Assembly: GCA_965203555.1 (NCBI GenBank)
Contig: CBDBCY010000002.1
Span: 99,185 to 163,184 of the forward strand
Source of the DNA: Acidimicrobiia bacterium
GTDB lineage: Bacteria; Actinomycetota; Acidimicrobiia; Spongiisociales; ZC4RG35
Length of the DNA: 64,000 nt
Direction of reading: 5' to 3'
Each line of letters begins with the position of its first letter. The first letter of the stretch is position 1. The notes under the pieces are model-generated. The model ran no database searches, was not told the origin of the DNA, and saw only the letters and a program-made list of their open reading frames with translations. This document shows, piece by piece, positions 21,107 through 30,358 of this stretch. A program made the position numbers and the translations under genes.

Positions 21107-23878
21107 TTGTTGATGGAGAGCGCAACTTCCGCTTCCGAACCCGTCGTACGCCCGGTCCGCACCCCGGGCGTGGCTGTGGTAATCATGGCAGAGGACGGGG
21201 AGTTCGGCCCGGCCGTGGAAGGGGTGGGGGAACAGGATCGCGACACCCGTTTAATAGTGGTCGGTAACGATCCCCGAACCAAGCGGAGGGCCGAGGAAGC
21301 GGGCATACTGCACCACGAGACGCTGGACCGGGCCATAAGGAGAATCCCCGCTGACATAGATTACGTTTGGATCCTGGCAGGTTGCGCCCAACCGCAGGCG
21401 GGGGCGCTGGCGGCCATGATGCAGGTGGCGGTCAATCACCAGGTTGCGTTGGTGGGATCGAAGATACTCTCCACCTTGGATCCGGAGCGACTCCTGTCGG
21501 TGGGAAGCGCCACCGATCTCTTCGGGGTTTCCTCTTCCGGTTTGGATGAATCCGAACTTGACTTTGCCCAGTACGATGTGATCCGGGAGGTGTCGAGTCT
21601 CTCCACCGTCTCCCTGCTGGCTCGTCGAAGGTTGCTGGCGGTACTGGGGGGATTCGACCAGTCCATTCCCGTGGTGTCCCAGGGCTTGGATTTCTGCCAG
21701 CGGGTGCGGCTCGCCGGTGGAAGGGTGGTGGTGGCCCCTTCCTCGAGGGTGCTCTATCCCCCCGACCTCTTTCCTCGTTACGGAGGCTGGAAGGCGAGGG
21801 CGGGCCGGATGCGGGCCATGTTCAAGGTCTATCGGATGGTGACGCTGGCTTGGGCGATTCCCCTCGATATCGCCATCAACCTGGTGGAGGGGTTGTTCAG
21901 CCTGGCAATGGGCAGACCGGGCCGTCTGGGGGGATTCCTGGCCGCGATGGCGTTGAGCATCGGGCGTTTTCCCTCCACCGTGTCAGCTCGGCTGCGGTCC
22001 CAGAAGACCCGGGTGGTGGGGGATGAGGACCTGTTCCGCTACCAGACCTCCGGTTCGGTGATCTTGCGGGATGTGGCTTCCGAGATCGGGGGAAAGCTCG
22101 GAGATTTCGGACCGGCGGAGAGGTCGTGGACGACGGCGATCTCATCCCGGCTGCGGCGGGGGGCCCCAGTGGCGGTCCTTGTGTCGTTGCTCTACCTGGC
22201 GGCGGCCTCCCGGAACCTGTGGTTTGCAGGTTTGCCGTCCACCGGCTTCACTCTCGCCGTGGGGAGCGATCCCGCGGGGGTTCTGTCCGCTTTTGCCGGA
22301 GGATGGAACGAGGCCGGCCTGGGGACCACCCTTCCTCCCCATCCGGTGGCGGCCCTGGCGTCCGGCCTGCACTGGCTGATGATGGAGTGGTCGGGGTCGC
22401 AGTTGCTATTGACTGCCCTGGCCCTGTGGGCGGCCCTGGTGGGATCGTCCCGGTTGTTTCGCGGCGCCGGTGTGGGGGGCGGGGCCTCCTATGTCGGGGC
22501 GGTCGTCTACGTATTGGGCGCCGCCACGGCCTCGGTGTTGTCGCAGGGTTACTGGCCGGCGGTGATCGCCCTGGGCGCTTTGCCGTGGTCGGTGGTGGCC
22601 GCGGTGCGATCATGGCCCGACCGCTGGCGGGACCGGATTGGCGACCTGGCCATGGTCGGCTTGGCATCGGCGGTGTTGGCGGCCGCCTCGCCGGTGGCGA
22701 CAGTCGTGCCGGTGGCGGTGGTCCTGCTGGGGTGGTTGTCCGGGGTGGGCTGGTCGGCTGGGGCAATTGCCAGGGTGACGGCGGGGGCGGCGGCCGGACT
22801 GTTGACGGTGAGTTCCTATCTGTGGGCAAACGACTTTGACGTCTGGTCTAATGGGCCTTCCCTGGAATGGGAGGCGGAGTGGGTGTTTTGGGCGGTGGTG
22901 GGTGTGGCCGCCATCTTTGTGATGTTGTTCGGGGGTCCTCGTCTGCGGGCCGCGTCCGGTCTGGGTCTGGCATTGTCGGGCGCCGGTTTGTGGGTGGGGG
23001 CCGTACATCTGTGGGAGGTGGCGGTCGCCGCCGCGGCTGCGGCTGCGATGGGATCCGGGTTGGTGGCCGCGGCTGCGGTCGGTTCGGGAAGCAGGAACAG
23101 CGAGGGCCGGAGTCGCTTGGGAGGTGTGCTGGCCCTTGCGTGTGGGGTGGCGGTGCTCGGCTTCACCCTTCCCGTCCTGGAGGGCGGCAGGGCGGGTCTG
23201 CCGGATGACCGATGGAGCAGCCGGTTGGACTTCGCTTCGAGCCTGTCCGATCCGGGGGAGGGAAGCCGGGTCCTGTTGATAGGTCCGAGGGGCTCGATGC
23301 CGGGAATGGAAAGGGAGGCGGAAGGGTTTTCCTACCGGCTCCTGAAGGCCGGACCGCCCACCCTGGAACAGGCGTGGCTGCCGCTGCCGGCTGTGGGGGA
23401 CCAGGCCCTGGACGAGGTCTTGCGGGGCCTTTCGGTATCCCGTTCCCTGCGTCCCGGTGAACTGCTGGCGCCGTTCGGAGTGAGGTGGATCGTCGTCTCC
23501 GAGGAGACCGGTTTCTCTCAGCGGCTCACCGCCCAGGTCGATCTTCGGGTGCTGGCCGCCTCGGAGGACGCCGTCGTCTACCAGAACCTGGCGGCCCTGC
23601 CCAGGGCCGACGGTCCCCTGATAGGCGCCTGGGACTCCGTGGCGCCCGGCCAGGTGGAGGGTCCTCGATTCCGGGGAAGAATCCGGATCGCAGACAATGC
23701 CCATCCCCGCTGGGGTCCGGATTGGTCGCAGCATTCATGGTGGAACACCGTCTCCGGCGCCGAAGGGGTGGGCCGCTTCACCCCCTATCCGATAGGAAGG
23801 GTTCTGGCCTGGGGGGGCGCGATCGCCACGGTCCTCATGGCCGGGCTGGTCTGGTGGGGGAGAGGGGCTTTCCGATGA
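21107..23878 (+). CDS. Glycosyltransferase family 2 protein with multi-TM C-terminal region
   Basis: Degenerate GT2 N-terminus (LGGFD..DFCQRVRLAGGRVVVAPSS) followed by many TM segments; usual neighbour of DUF5719. Confidence 0.8.
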   Translation: MLMESATSASEPVVRPVRTPGVAVVIMAEDGEFGPAVEGVGEQDRDTRLIVVGNDPRTKRRAEEAGILHHETLDRAIRRIPADIDYVWILAGCAQPQAGALAAMMQVAVNHQVALVGSKILSTLDPERLLSVGSATDLFGVSSSGLDESELDFAQYDVIREVSSLSTVSLLARRRLLAVLGGFDQSIPVVSQGLDFCQRVRLAGGRVVVAPSSRVLYPPDLFPRYGGWKARAGRMRAMFKVYRMVTLAWAIPLDIAINLVEGLFSLAMGRPGRLGGFLAAMALSIGRFPSTVSARLRSQKTRVVGDEDLFRYQTSGSVILRDVASEIGGKLGDFGPAERSWTTAISSRLRRGAPVAVLVSLLYLAAASRNLWFAGLPSTGFTLAVGSDPAGVLSAFAGGWNEAGLGTTLPPHPVAALASGLHWLMMEWSGSQLLLTALALWAALVGSSRLFRGAGVGGGASYVGAVVYVLGAATASVLSQGYWPAVIALGALPWSVVAAVRSWPDRWRDRIGDLAMVGLASAVLAAASPVATVVPVAVVLLGWLSGVGWSAGAIARVTAGAAAGLLTVSSYLWANDFDVWSNGPSLEWEAEWVFWAVVGVAAIFVMLFGGPRLRAASGLGLALSGAGLWVGAVHLWEVAVAAAAAAAMGSGLVAAAAVGSGSRNSEGRSRLGGVLALACGVAVLGFTLPVLEGGRAGLPDDRWSSRLDFASSLSDPGEGSRVLLIGPRGSMPGMEREAEGFSYRLLKAGPPTLEQAWLPLPAVGDQALDEVLRGLSVSRSLRPGELLAPFGVRWIVVSEETGFSQRLTAQVDLRVLAASEDAVVYQNLAALPRADGPLIGAWDSVAPGQVEGPRFRGRIRIADNAHPRWGPDWSQHSWWNTVSGAEGVGRFTPYPIGRVLAWGGAIATVLMAGLVWWGRGAFR

Positions 23879-25179
23879 GGGGAGTGGCGGTCGGGTTTCT
23901 GGGACTTGCGTTGGCGGTTCTGAGCTGGGCGGTCGCCGTTGAACCCCCCGCAGCCCCTCCCGTCTCGGAAACACCCCGGGTCCCGGCGCAGGAGCGGGCC
24001 GATCATCTGATTTGTCCGTTGACCGACTTCATCCGCTCCGATACCCAGGTGGCGCTTTTGGCCTCGCGGGGAGGAAGTGTGGATCTGTGGGAGGTGTCGG
24101 ATGGCAGGTGGATGTCCTACGGTGAGGCCGATCTGGGCGATACGGGAGGATGGATCGGCGAGGCGCCGCCCGGTTTGGGTGTACTGATCGCCGAAAGCGG
24201 GTCCGGATGGTCGGGGGCCGGATTGTTGAACACTTCCTCGCAGGCGATATCCGGCTGGATGTGCGGGGAATCATCGGACAGCCTGGTGGCCCTGGGCGGT
24301 TCCACCCTGGCCGAGGACCGTTTGGATTTGATTCTCTACAATCCCTACGTTTTGGATTCGTCCTCACGGTTGGAGATCATCAGCGAGCTGGGAGAGGACA
24401 CTCCTCCCAATTTGCAGGAGATCTTCGTGCCGGCCGGCAAGGCGGTAAAAGTCGATCTGGACGAGTCGTTGCGGTTGCGCAGGTTCCTGGGAGTACAGGT
24501 GCGATCTTCTCCTGGCCGGGTGGCTCTGTTGCTGCAGCAGGCCGGCGACGGAGAGACCGCCATGATCGAGGGCGTGGCGCCCCACACCGACTGGTGGTTG
24601 CCGGTCCCCGATCTGGGGCAGGCCGAGACCTACCTGCTCATGGCCTCCCCGTCCGGCTCTTCCTTCACCTACCGTCTTGACCTGATGACCGAGTCAGGCT
24701 CGATCATCGGGTTCGTCGAAGACCAGTTCCTTCCCGGCCAGCTGCTTTCGACACCCCTTTCGGAATTTCCCCTCGGCGTGACGGGAATCAGCGTTTCCGG
24801 CTCGGTTCCCCTGGTGGCCGGCCTGAGATTGGAGGGAGAGGGTCTTCTGGCCTCGGGACCCGGGGCGCGGGGGACGTCCCGGCGCTGGTTCCTGCCCGGC
24901 CCCGGCGATGACGAGGGCAGCCTCAACCTGGCGTGGCTGCTCAATCCCTCGGGTCTGCCCGTTTCGGCGTCGGTTTCGGCCGTCGCCGAGGGCGCCTTTT
25001 CCATCAGGGTGACCATTCCCCCCGAGTCGGTCCTGCCCTTTGAATTGGAGAGGCTCAGCGGACAGGCCGAGGATCTTCCCGGCTATCTGGTCGATGCCGA
25101 ACAGGAAATCGCCGTGGTGTGGACCTCCCGGCTGGATGGCGGCGCCGGCGCCTACGCGGCGGGCGCTCCGGTGGATTGA
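23875..25179 (+). CDS. DUF5719-like secreted/membrane protein
   Basis: N-terminal TM, repeated (L)xNP modules (LILYNP, WLLNP), GGST motif; ATG overlaps GT2 stop. Confidence 0.7.
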   Translation: MRGVAVGFLGLALAVLSWAVAVEPPAAPPVSETPRVPAQERADHLICPLTDFIRSDTQVALLASRGGSVDLWEVSDGRWMSYGEADLGDTGGWIGEAPPGLGVLIAESGSGWSGAGLLNTSSQAISGWMCGESSDSLVALGGSTLAEDRLDLILYNPYVLDSSSRLEIISELGEDTPPNLQEIFVPAGKAVKVDLDESLRLRRFLGVQVRSSPGRVALLLQQAGDGETAMIEGVAPHTDWWLPVPDLGQAETYLLMASPSGSSFTYRLDLMTESGSIIGFVEDQFLPGQLLSTPLSEFPLGVTGISVSGSVPLVAGLRLEGEGLLASGPGARGTSRRWFLPGPGDDEGSLNLAWLLNPSGLPVSASVSAVAEGAFSIRVTIPPESVLPFELERLSGQAEDLPGYLVDAEQEIAVVWTSRLDGGAGAYAAGAPVD

Positions 25180-26777
25180 TGGCGGCCGGCTTCCCTCGGT
25201 ACTCCGACGGTCTGCTGGGGATCGAAGAGAGAGAGCGCGCGGTCCTGCGGTGGGAGTCGGCCGGGTTGGTGGAGAAGTTGTGGGCCCGCCGGCCGTCGGT
25301 GTGGGGGCGGGCCGCATCTTCGGCGGGCCGGTGGCTGGGGTGGCTCGATCTCCCCGAGACCATGCTTGCTCGTCTCGCGCCGATCGCCGCAATGGCGGAG
25401 GAGGCGGTCTCCGAGGGGATAGAGGATGTGGTGCTGATGGGTATGGGCGGATCGAGCCTGGCGCCGGAGATGTTCTTTTCGGTGTTCGGCGCGGCGCCGG
25501 GCTATCCCCGGCTTTCGGTAATCGACTCCACCCATCCGGAGGCGCTGGTCACGCTCGACGGGCGCATTGACCCGTCCCGGACCCTCTTCGTGGTTTCCTC
25601 CAAGTCCGGGACCACCGTGGAGACTCTCTCGTTCTACCGGTACTTTTGGAAGCGGTGTTCGGGAGAGGGGAGACGATTCGCAGCCGTCACCGACAGGGGC
25701 ACCCCCTTGGACGACCTGGCGCGAGAAAGGGGATTCCGGGCGGTGTTCAACGCACCCGCCGACGTCGGGGGGCGATTCTCGGCTTTCAGTGCCTTCGGGA
25801 TGGTCCCCGCCGCCCTCATCGGGATCGACCTTCCCGCGCTGTTGGGCAGGGCGCGGGAGATGGCGAGGAGCGGCCGGGCCGATCCGGCGCAAAACCCGGC
25901 CGTGGGGCTGGGATTGACCCTGGGCGCGGCGGCGTTGTCGGGGATGGACAAGCTCACGCTTCACACCTCCCGAAGCCTCTCCGCTTTCCCTTCCTGGATG
26001 GAGCAACTGGTTGCCGAGAGTCTCGGCAAGGAGGGCCGTGGGATAATACCGGTGGCGGGCGAACCGGTTCTGCCTGCCGGCCGGTACGGGCGGGACCGGG
26101 TCGTGGCGATCTGGCAGGTAGCCGGTGACGACCCGGTGGTCGTTGCAGGCATGGGCGACATCCGTATCCGGTTGGCGGATCCTCTGGATCTGGGCGCCGA
26201 GTTGTTCCGGGCCGAGTTGGGGGTGGCGGCGGCCGGTGAGGTGCTGGGAGTCAACCCCTTCGATCAGCCCGACGTGGAACGGGCCAAGCGGCTGGCGTCC
26301 GAAGCGATGGGCCGACCGGGAGAAGTGGTCGGAGAGGACCTGGTGCCCGCCCAATCCTCCCGGGCGGGGGAGATGATCCGGCGGTTGGTGGAAGATTTGC
26401 GGCCCGGCGAGTATCTGGGCATCCAGGCCTACCTTCCTCCCGGGTCCGGGATCGACCGCAGCATCACGAGGCTGCGGCGGAGGGTGACCGAGTTGAGCGG
26501 AGCGGCCACCACCTTCGGGTACGGTCCCCGGTTTCTTCACTCCACCGGGCAGGTGCACAAGGGGGGGCCTCCCACCGGGGTGTTCCTTCAGATTGTGGAC
26601 CACCCCCGCCTGGACGTGCAGGTGCCCGGCGCCGGATACGGATTCGCCAAGTTGATCGCTGCCCAGGCGGAAGGTGACTACTTCGCCCTTCGAGAGGCGG
26701 GCCGCAGAGTGGTTCGTTTGTCGGTGGGTTCGGACAGGCTGGGCGGTTTGCAGGCGTTGGCGGAAGATTTGGCCTGA
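25179..26777 (+). CDS. pgi: Glucose-6-phosphate isomerase
   Basis: WLGWLDLP, GMGGSSLAPE, SSKSGTTVET, DVGGRFSA, EQLVAESLGK, NPFDQPDVE. Confidence 0.92.
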   Translation: MAAGFPRYSDGLLGIEERERAVLRWESAGLVEKLWARRPSVWGRAASSAGRWLGWLDLPETMLARLAPIAAMAEEAVSEGIEDVVLMGMGGSSLAPEMFFSVFGAAPGYPRLSVIDSTHPEALVTLDGRIDPSRTLFVVSSKSGTTVETLSFYRYFWKRCSGEGRRFAAVTDRGTPLDDLARERGFRAVFNAPADVGGRFSAFSAFGMVPAALIGIDLPALLGRAREMARSGRADPAQNPAVGLGLTLGAAALSGMDKLTLHTSRSLSAFPSWMEQLVAESLGKEGRGIIPVAGEPVLPAGRYGRDRVVAIWQVAGDDPVVVAGMGDIRIRLADPLDLGAELFRAELGVAAAGEVLGVNPFDQPDVERAKRLASEAMGRPGEVVGEDLVPAQSSRAGEMIRRLVEDLRPGEYLGIQAYLPPGSGIDRSITRLRRRVTELSGAATTFGYGPRFLHSTGQVHKGGPPTGVFLQIVDHPRLDVQVPGAGYGFAKLIAAQAEGDYFALREAGRRVVRLSVGSDRLGGLQALAEDLA

Positions 26778-26913
26778 GAGCCCCCATCAGGTTTGGGAAG
26801 AAAAAAGGAAACGAAAACGTTTAAAGTGTGTCATACTTAAAACAGAGGGGCCGAAGCCGAAGAGGAGAGGCCCCGAACGGAAGTAACGGCCCTAGCCAGA
26901 AGAGGAGCAAATT

Positions 26914-27060
26914 TTGAAGCACTACGTAGCACGGGAGATGGGATCGCCCTCCGTGCGTGCTTGGTCGATCCTTCCCTCCAGCCGTGTAGCGCTCCCGAGC
27001 GCGAAGCACGGTGCGGCGATTACCGCAAGAAAGGGCGCGCACCGCAAGCCTATGACCTGA
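26914..27060 (+). CDS. Putative 48-aa leader peptide (uORF) of the whiB7-like gene
   Basis: GAGGAG 6 nt before TTG 26914; open to TGA 27060; followed by a terminator. Confidence 0.5.
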   Translation: MKHYVAREMGSPSVRAWSILPSSRVALPSAKHGAAITARKGAHRKPMT

Positions 27061-27083
27061 CCAACGGACAACCATCGCTTGCG

Positions 27084-27107
27084 GAGCCGCCGGAAGGCGG
27101 CTCTTTT
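27084..27107 (+). terminator. Intrinsic terminator (candidate attenuator) upstream of the whiB7-like gene
   Basis: gagccgcc-ggaa-ggcggctc-tttt. Confidence 0.8.
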
Positions 27108-27121
27108 GCTTGGAGAATGAC

Positions 27122-27481
27122 ATGAATCAAAAAACCCGACTCGAAATCTTAAGACAAACCATGGAGACAAGCGGCGCCTGCTATGGCACGAGCGATACGC
27201 AGAGCTTCTTCACCAACGAGAGCAAGGCCGTGCAGCTGGCCCAGATGACCTGCGGAACCTGCCCGCTGGAGGCCCGGTCGGCTTGTCTCGAATACGCCTT
27301 GACCACCGGCATGGAATACGGGGTGTGGGGAGGCATACTCTTCTGGGACGGCGGCGCCTTCTACCGGAAGAGACCTCCGGGCCGTCCCAGGGCTGACGAA
27401 GCCTCCCTGCCGGTCGAAGCTTCGAGAGAAGAGCTGTGGGAATTGGTGCACAAGCTGTCACCCATGGAGAAGAGCGCCTGA
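27122..27481 (+). CDS. WhiB family regulator, WhiB7/WblC-like
   Basis: Four Cys (C..CGTC..C), GVWGG turn, AT-hook-like RKRPPGRPR. Confidence 0.85.
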   Translation: MNQKTRLEILRQTMETSGACYGTSDTQSFFTNESKAVQLAQMTCGTCPLEARSACLEYALTTGMEYGVWGGILFWDGGAFYRKRPPGRPRADEASLPVEASREELWELVHKLSPMEKSA

Positions 27482-27513
27482 TCCTCGAAAGGTCGTAATA
27501 TGAGGAGACGGCG

Positions 27514-27586
27514 GGGCGTTTAGCTCAGATGGGAGAGCGCTTCCCTTACAAGGAAGAGGTCGGCGGTTCGATTCCGTCAACGCCCA
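27514..27586 (+). tRNA. tRNA-Val(TAC)
   Basis: Acceptor gggcgtt/aacgccc, anticodon arm cttcc-cTTACAa-ggaag, T-loop GGTTCGATT. Confidence 0.97.
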
Positions 27587-27785
27587 CTGCGGCCGGTCTG
27601 CCATTTATTTGAAATGCCTTAGCGATTTAGGACGCTGAGGGGCCGATTTAGCCGTTTTTCCCCTGGTTTTGGGGGTCCCGGGCCGTTTCGGGGTGTTTAG
27701 GCCTAGCCGGTGGCCGGAGCCGACAGCGGGGTTGGTTGCTGTCGGTGTTGAGTCCCTGTTGCGAAGCTGTCGTGGCGGGGAGGAT

Positions 27786-28085
27786 TTAGAGGTATCTGGC
27801 GTGGAATACGTAGCACACCTCTCGTTCCTTTCGAAAATCTCGCCGGAAACCGACTTCCAACAAGCCACCATCATCGAGAATTCCGACAGCTATGGTAGGA
27901 CGGGCAACCATCTTCCCCCCACTGAAAATCACATCAAAACGGGATGTTTCTCCTCTGTGCCTGGTTACTTCGGACGGATGCAGGAACAGCAGGTACAAGA
28001 TGTCCCTCTCCGAAACGCCATGGTCAAAGACATCGGGATGATATGCCACCTTGGGATTCTCCGGCCAGTACATGAAAGGGGGCAC
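27786..28085 (-). CDS. Putative BrnT/RelE-like toxin
   Basis: HGVSERDI...LLEVG...VFHAR pattern. Confidence 0.55.
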   Translation of the reverse strand: MPPFMYWPENPKVAYHPDVFDHGVSERDILYLLFLHPSEVTRHRGETSRFDVIFSGGKMVARPTIAVGILDDGGLLEVGFRRDFRKEREVCYVFHARYL

Positions 28086-28100
28086 AGGTCCCCTTTGCCT

Positions 28101-28457
28101 CTACTCTTCCAGCAGGGGGACGGTTTTCTCTGGTCCGTCGTGATGCCGAAGAAAGTACTCCGCGTAGAAACGGTGCCGTAACTTCTGTTGTTCCCTCTGC
28201 TCCTCGGGAATGCCGCACTCTCTGATGATGTCATCCAATGTGACTGTGAGAATGTCAAACCATACGTCCCTGTCTTCGGTGTAATGTCCGACAGCGAACC
28301 GGGTGTCCCCTGGGGCGAAAGATCCGTTCTCCACGAGGTGATTGGAGTAAGCCTTCAGCATGTGATCCAGTTCTTCGCTCCATGTGCCATCGTATTGGTC
28401 TATGTGGGAAAGGCTCAACGCTGGGCGAGTCATTGAATCACAGACTACCAAACTCAT
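28101..28457 (-). CDS. Hypothetical protein, putative antitoxin; paralog of 36338..36682
   Basis: TLDDIIRECGIPEEQRE..RFY..VPLL shared with the paralog; upstream of the toxin-like gene. Confidence 0.6.
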   Translation of the reverse strand: MSLVVCDSMTRPALSLSHIDQYDGTWSEELDHMLKAYSNHLVENGSFAPGDTRFAVGHYTEDRDVWFDILTVTLDDIIRECGIPEEQREQQKLRHRFYAEYFLRHHDGPEKTVPLLEE

Positions 28458-28501
28458 CCTTCAACCACACCCAACACCCCATGGCGCCCAGCTCCGCTGG
28501 C

Positions 28502-28994
28502 TGTTGGCGATCACTGAAATTCCCCAGTCTCGATCACTGAAATTGCCCACCTGCTGGGAGCAAATACCTGTTGTTGGGTAGGGCTCTCTCCAAGCTAGGC
28601 GATTGCGACATGTCCTAGCTGTGGAGAGGAGCCCTACCCCCTTTATGTTGGTAATGGAGGAGTGCGTGGAAGTTCATGCTTTGAGGAGGCGGGGGTGGTC
28701 GCATGTCGGCTATTGCCCGTCATTTGGGAAGAGACCGGAAAACGATACGGGCGTATCTGTCGGACGGGCGAGTCCCGGGAGAGCGAGCCTGGGCGGGGTC
28801 GGATCTGTTTGATGAGTTCGAGGCGTATGTGCGGCAGCGGTTGTCTGATGATCCGCATGTGTGGGGGTCGGCGCTGTTCGACGAGGTGGTGGCTTTGGGC
28901 TATGAGCAGAGCTAATGCGACGTTCGTGCGGAAGGTCCGTCTTCGGGGTCTGCGGCCGTTGTGCGGCGCTTGTGCGGGTACCAGGGGCCGGGCC
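28502..28994 (+). mobile_element. Truncated IS21-family copy (left end + broken istA 5' part)
   Basis: TG-starting end with tandem gatcactgaaa repeats; inverted homolog of 31310-31797. Confidence 0.9.
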
Positions 28995-29575
28995 AGGGAC
29001 ATGCCCCTTTGCTTCTCCCCAGTCTATCCACGCTGCAGTTACATCATCCGTGGTCGGTTGCGTACCCCGGACGGGAGACTCTCCTGTTATGGAATCCAAG
29101 GCCACCACGAGTTTGGAGCGGCCTCTTTGCAACTCTCCCAGCATGTAAGGAATGGCAGGTTCGCCGAGCCCCAAAATCTGTTTGTATGCCCAGTGTCCAT
29201 ATATCTCGTCTGGGCAAGAGTGAATGAAGGTTTCTCTATCCCACACGTCGAACAGGTGGCGGAAGGTCATGCGTACCTCGACGGCATCGCTCGCAGGCTC
29301 TGGCTGTCTTCTCTTCGCTACAGAGCCGTGAGGTGCGGGTGCTGCTGGGGACACGGACGATCTCATAGTCTCGATTGTAAGTACCCGCCGCGTGTTCTGA
29401 TAGGAGTTGCTCTCGCCTCTTTGACCTTCTCGTCGTCACAAGGGAGCCCCCAAATGTGGAGCCTCATGTAGAGCCGCAGGTGAGGGGTGGTGGTCCACAG
29501 GCCACCAAGGTGATGACGATCATCGAAAGTACCCAGAGTCGATCAGCGAAAGTTCCCACCCTGGGTTGGGTGGTT

Positions 29576-30358
29576 TTAGGCTAGCAGGTCTCCTTTCGGT
29601 CGGTGTTTTCGGGCTTGGGCTTGGTAGCTTCTCAGGCGGTAGCTGTCGCCGGTGATGGTGAACACCACGCTTTTGTGGAGCAGCCGGTCGAGCATGGCGG
29701 CGGCGATGGTGTGGTCGGAGAAGATCTCTCCCCACGACGCGACACCGAGGTTGGTGGTGAGAATGATCGATCCTTTTCCGTACCGTCTGGAGATGACTTG
29801 GAACAGGGTGGCGGCGTCTTCTGCCGGCATGGGCAGATAGCCCAGTTCGTCGATGATCAACACTTTGGGGGTGTTGAAGAACCGCAACGTTTGGGCCCAT
29901 CGTCCTTGTAGGGCGGCTTTGCGGCACCGCGCCGCCAGGTCCGCAGCGGTGGTGTAGTACACCTTGTGACCGGTGTCTACCGCGGCGCGGCCGAGGATGA
30001 CCGCCAGCATGGTTTTGCCCACGCCGGGCGGTCCGATGAACAAAACGTTGGAGGCATCGGCCAGGTAGGCCCCGGTAACCAGCTCTCTTACCAGTTTCTC
30101 GTCGACGCTGGGTTGGGCGGTGAAGTCGAAGTCTTCCAGTTGCCATCTGGTGGGGAAGTTCGCCAGTTTGAGACGGGTTTCCCATCGCCGTTGTTCGGTG
30201 GTCTCGACTTCTACTCGAAGTAGACCTTCAAGGAACTCGGTGTGGCTTTCACGGTTGGTTCGTGCCTGTTCGAGGTGGGTGGGGAGCGCCTCGGCGGCGG
30301 CGGGTAGGTTGAGGTAGGCCAGATGGCCTCGCAGCTGTTGGTACACCGATTGGTTCAT
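29576..30358 (-). CDS. istB: IS21 helper ATPase IstB
   Basis: GPPGVGKT, LIIDELGY, ILTTN, AMLDRLLH, GDSYR. Confidence 0.97.
   Translation of the reverse strand: MNQSVYQQLRGHLAYLNLPAAAEALPTHLEQARTNRESHTEFLEGLLRVEVETTEQRRWETRLKLANFPTRWQLEDFDFTAQPSVDEKLVRELVTGAYLADASNVLFIGPPGVGKTMLAVILGRAAVDTGHKVYYTTAADLAARCRKAALQGRWAQTLRFFNTPKVLIIDELGYLPMPAEDAATLFQVISRRYGKGSIILTTNLGVASWGEIFSDHTIAAAMLDRLLHKSVVFTITGDSYRLRSYQAQARKHRPKGDLLA

Noticed and set aside
26850-27107. Stand-alone structured ncRNA (6S/Ms1-like)
   Set aside because: Better explained as a uORF leader plus terminator upstream of the whiB7-like gene.
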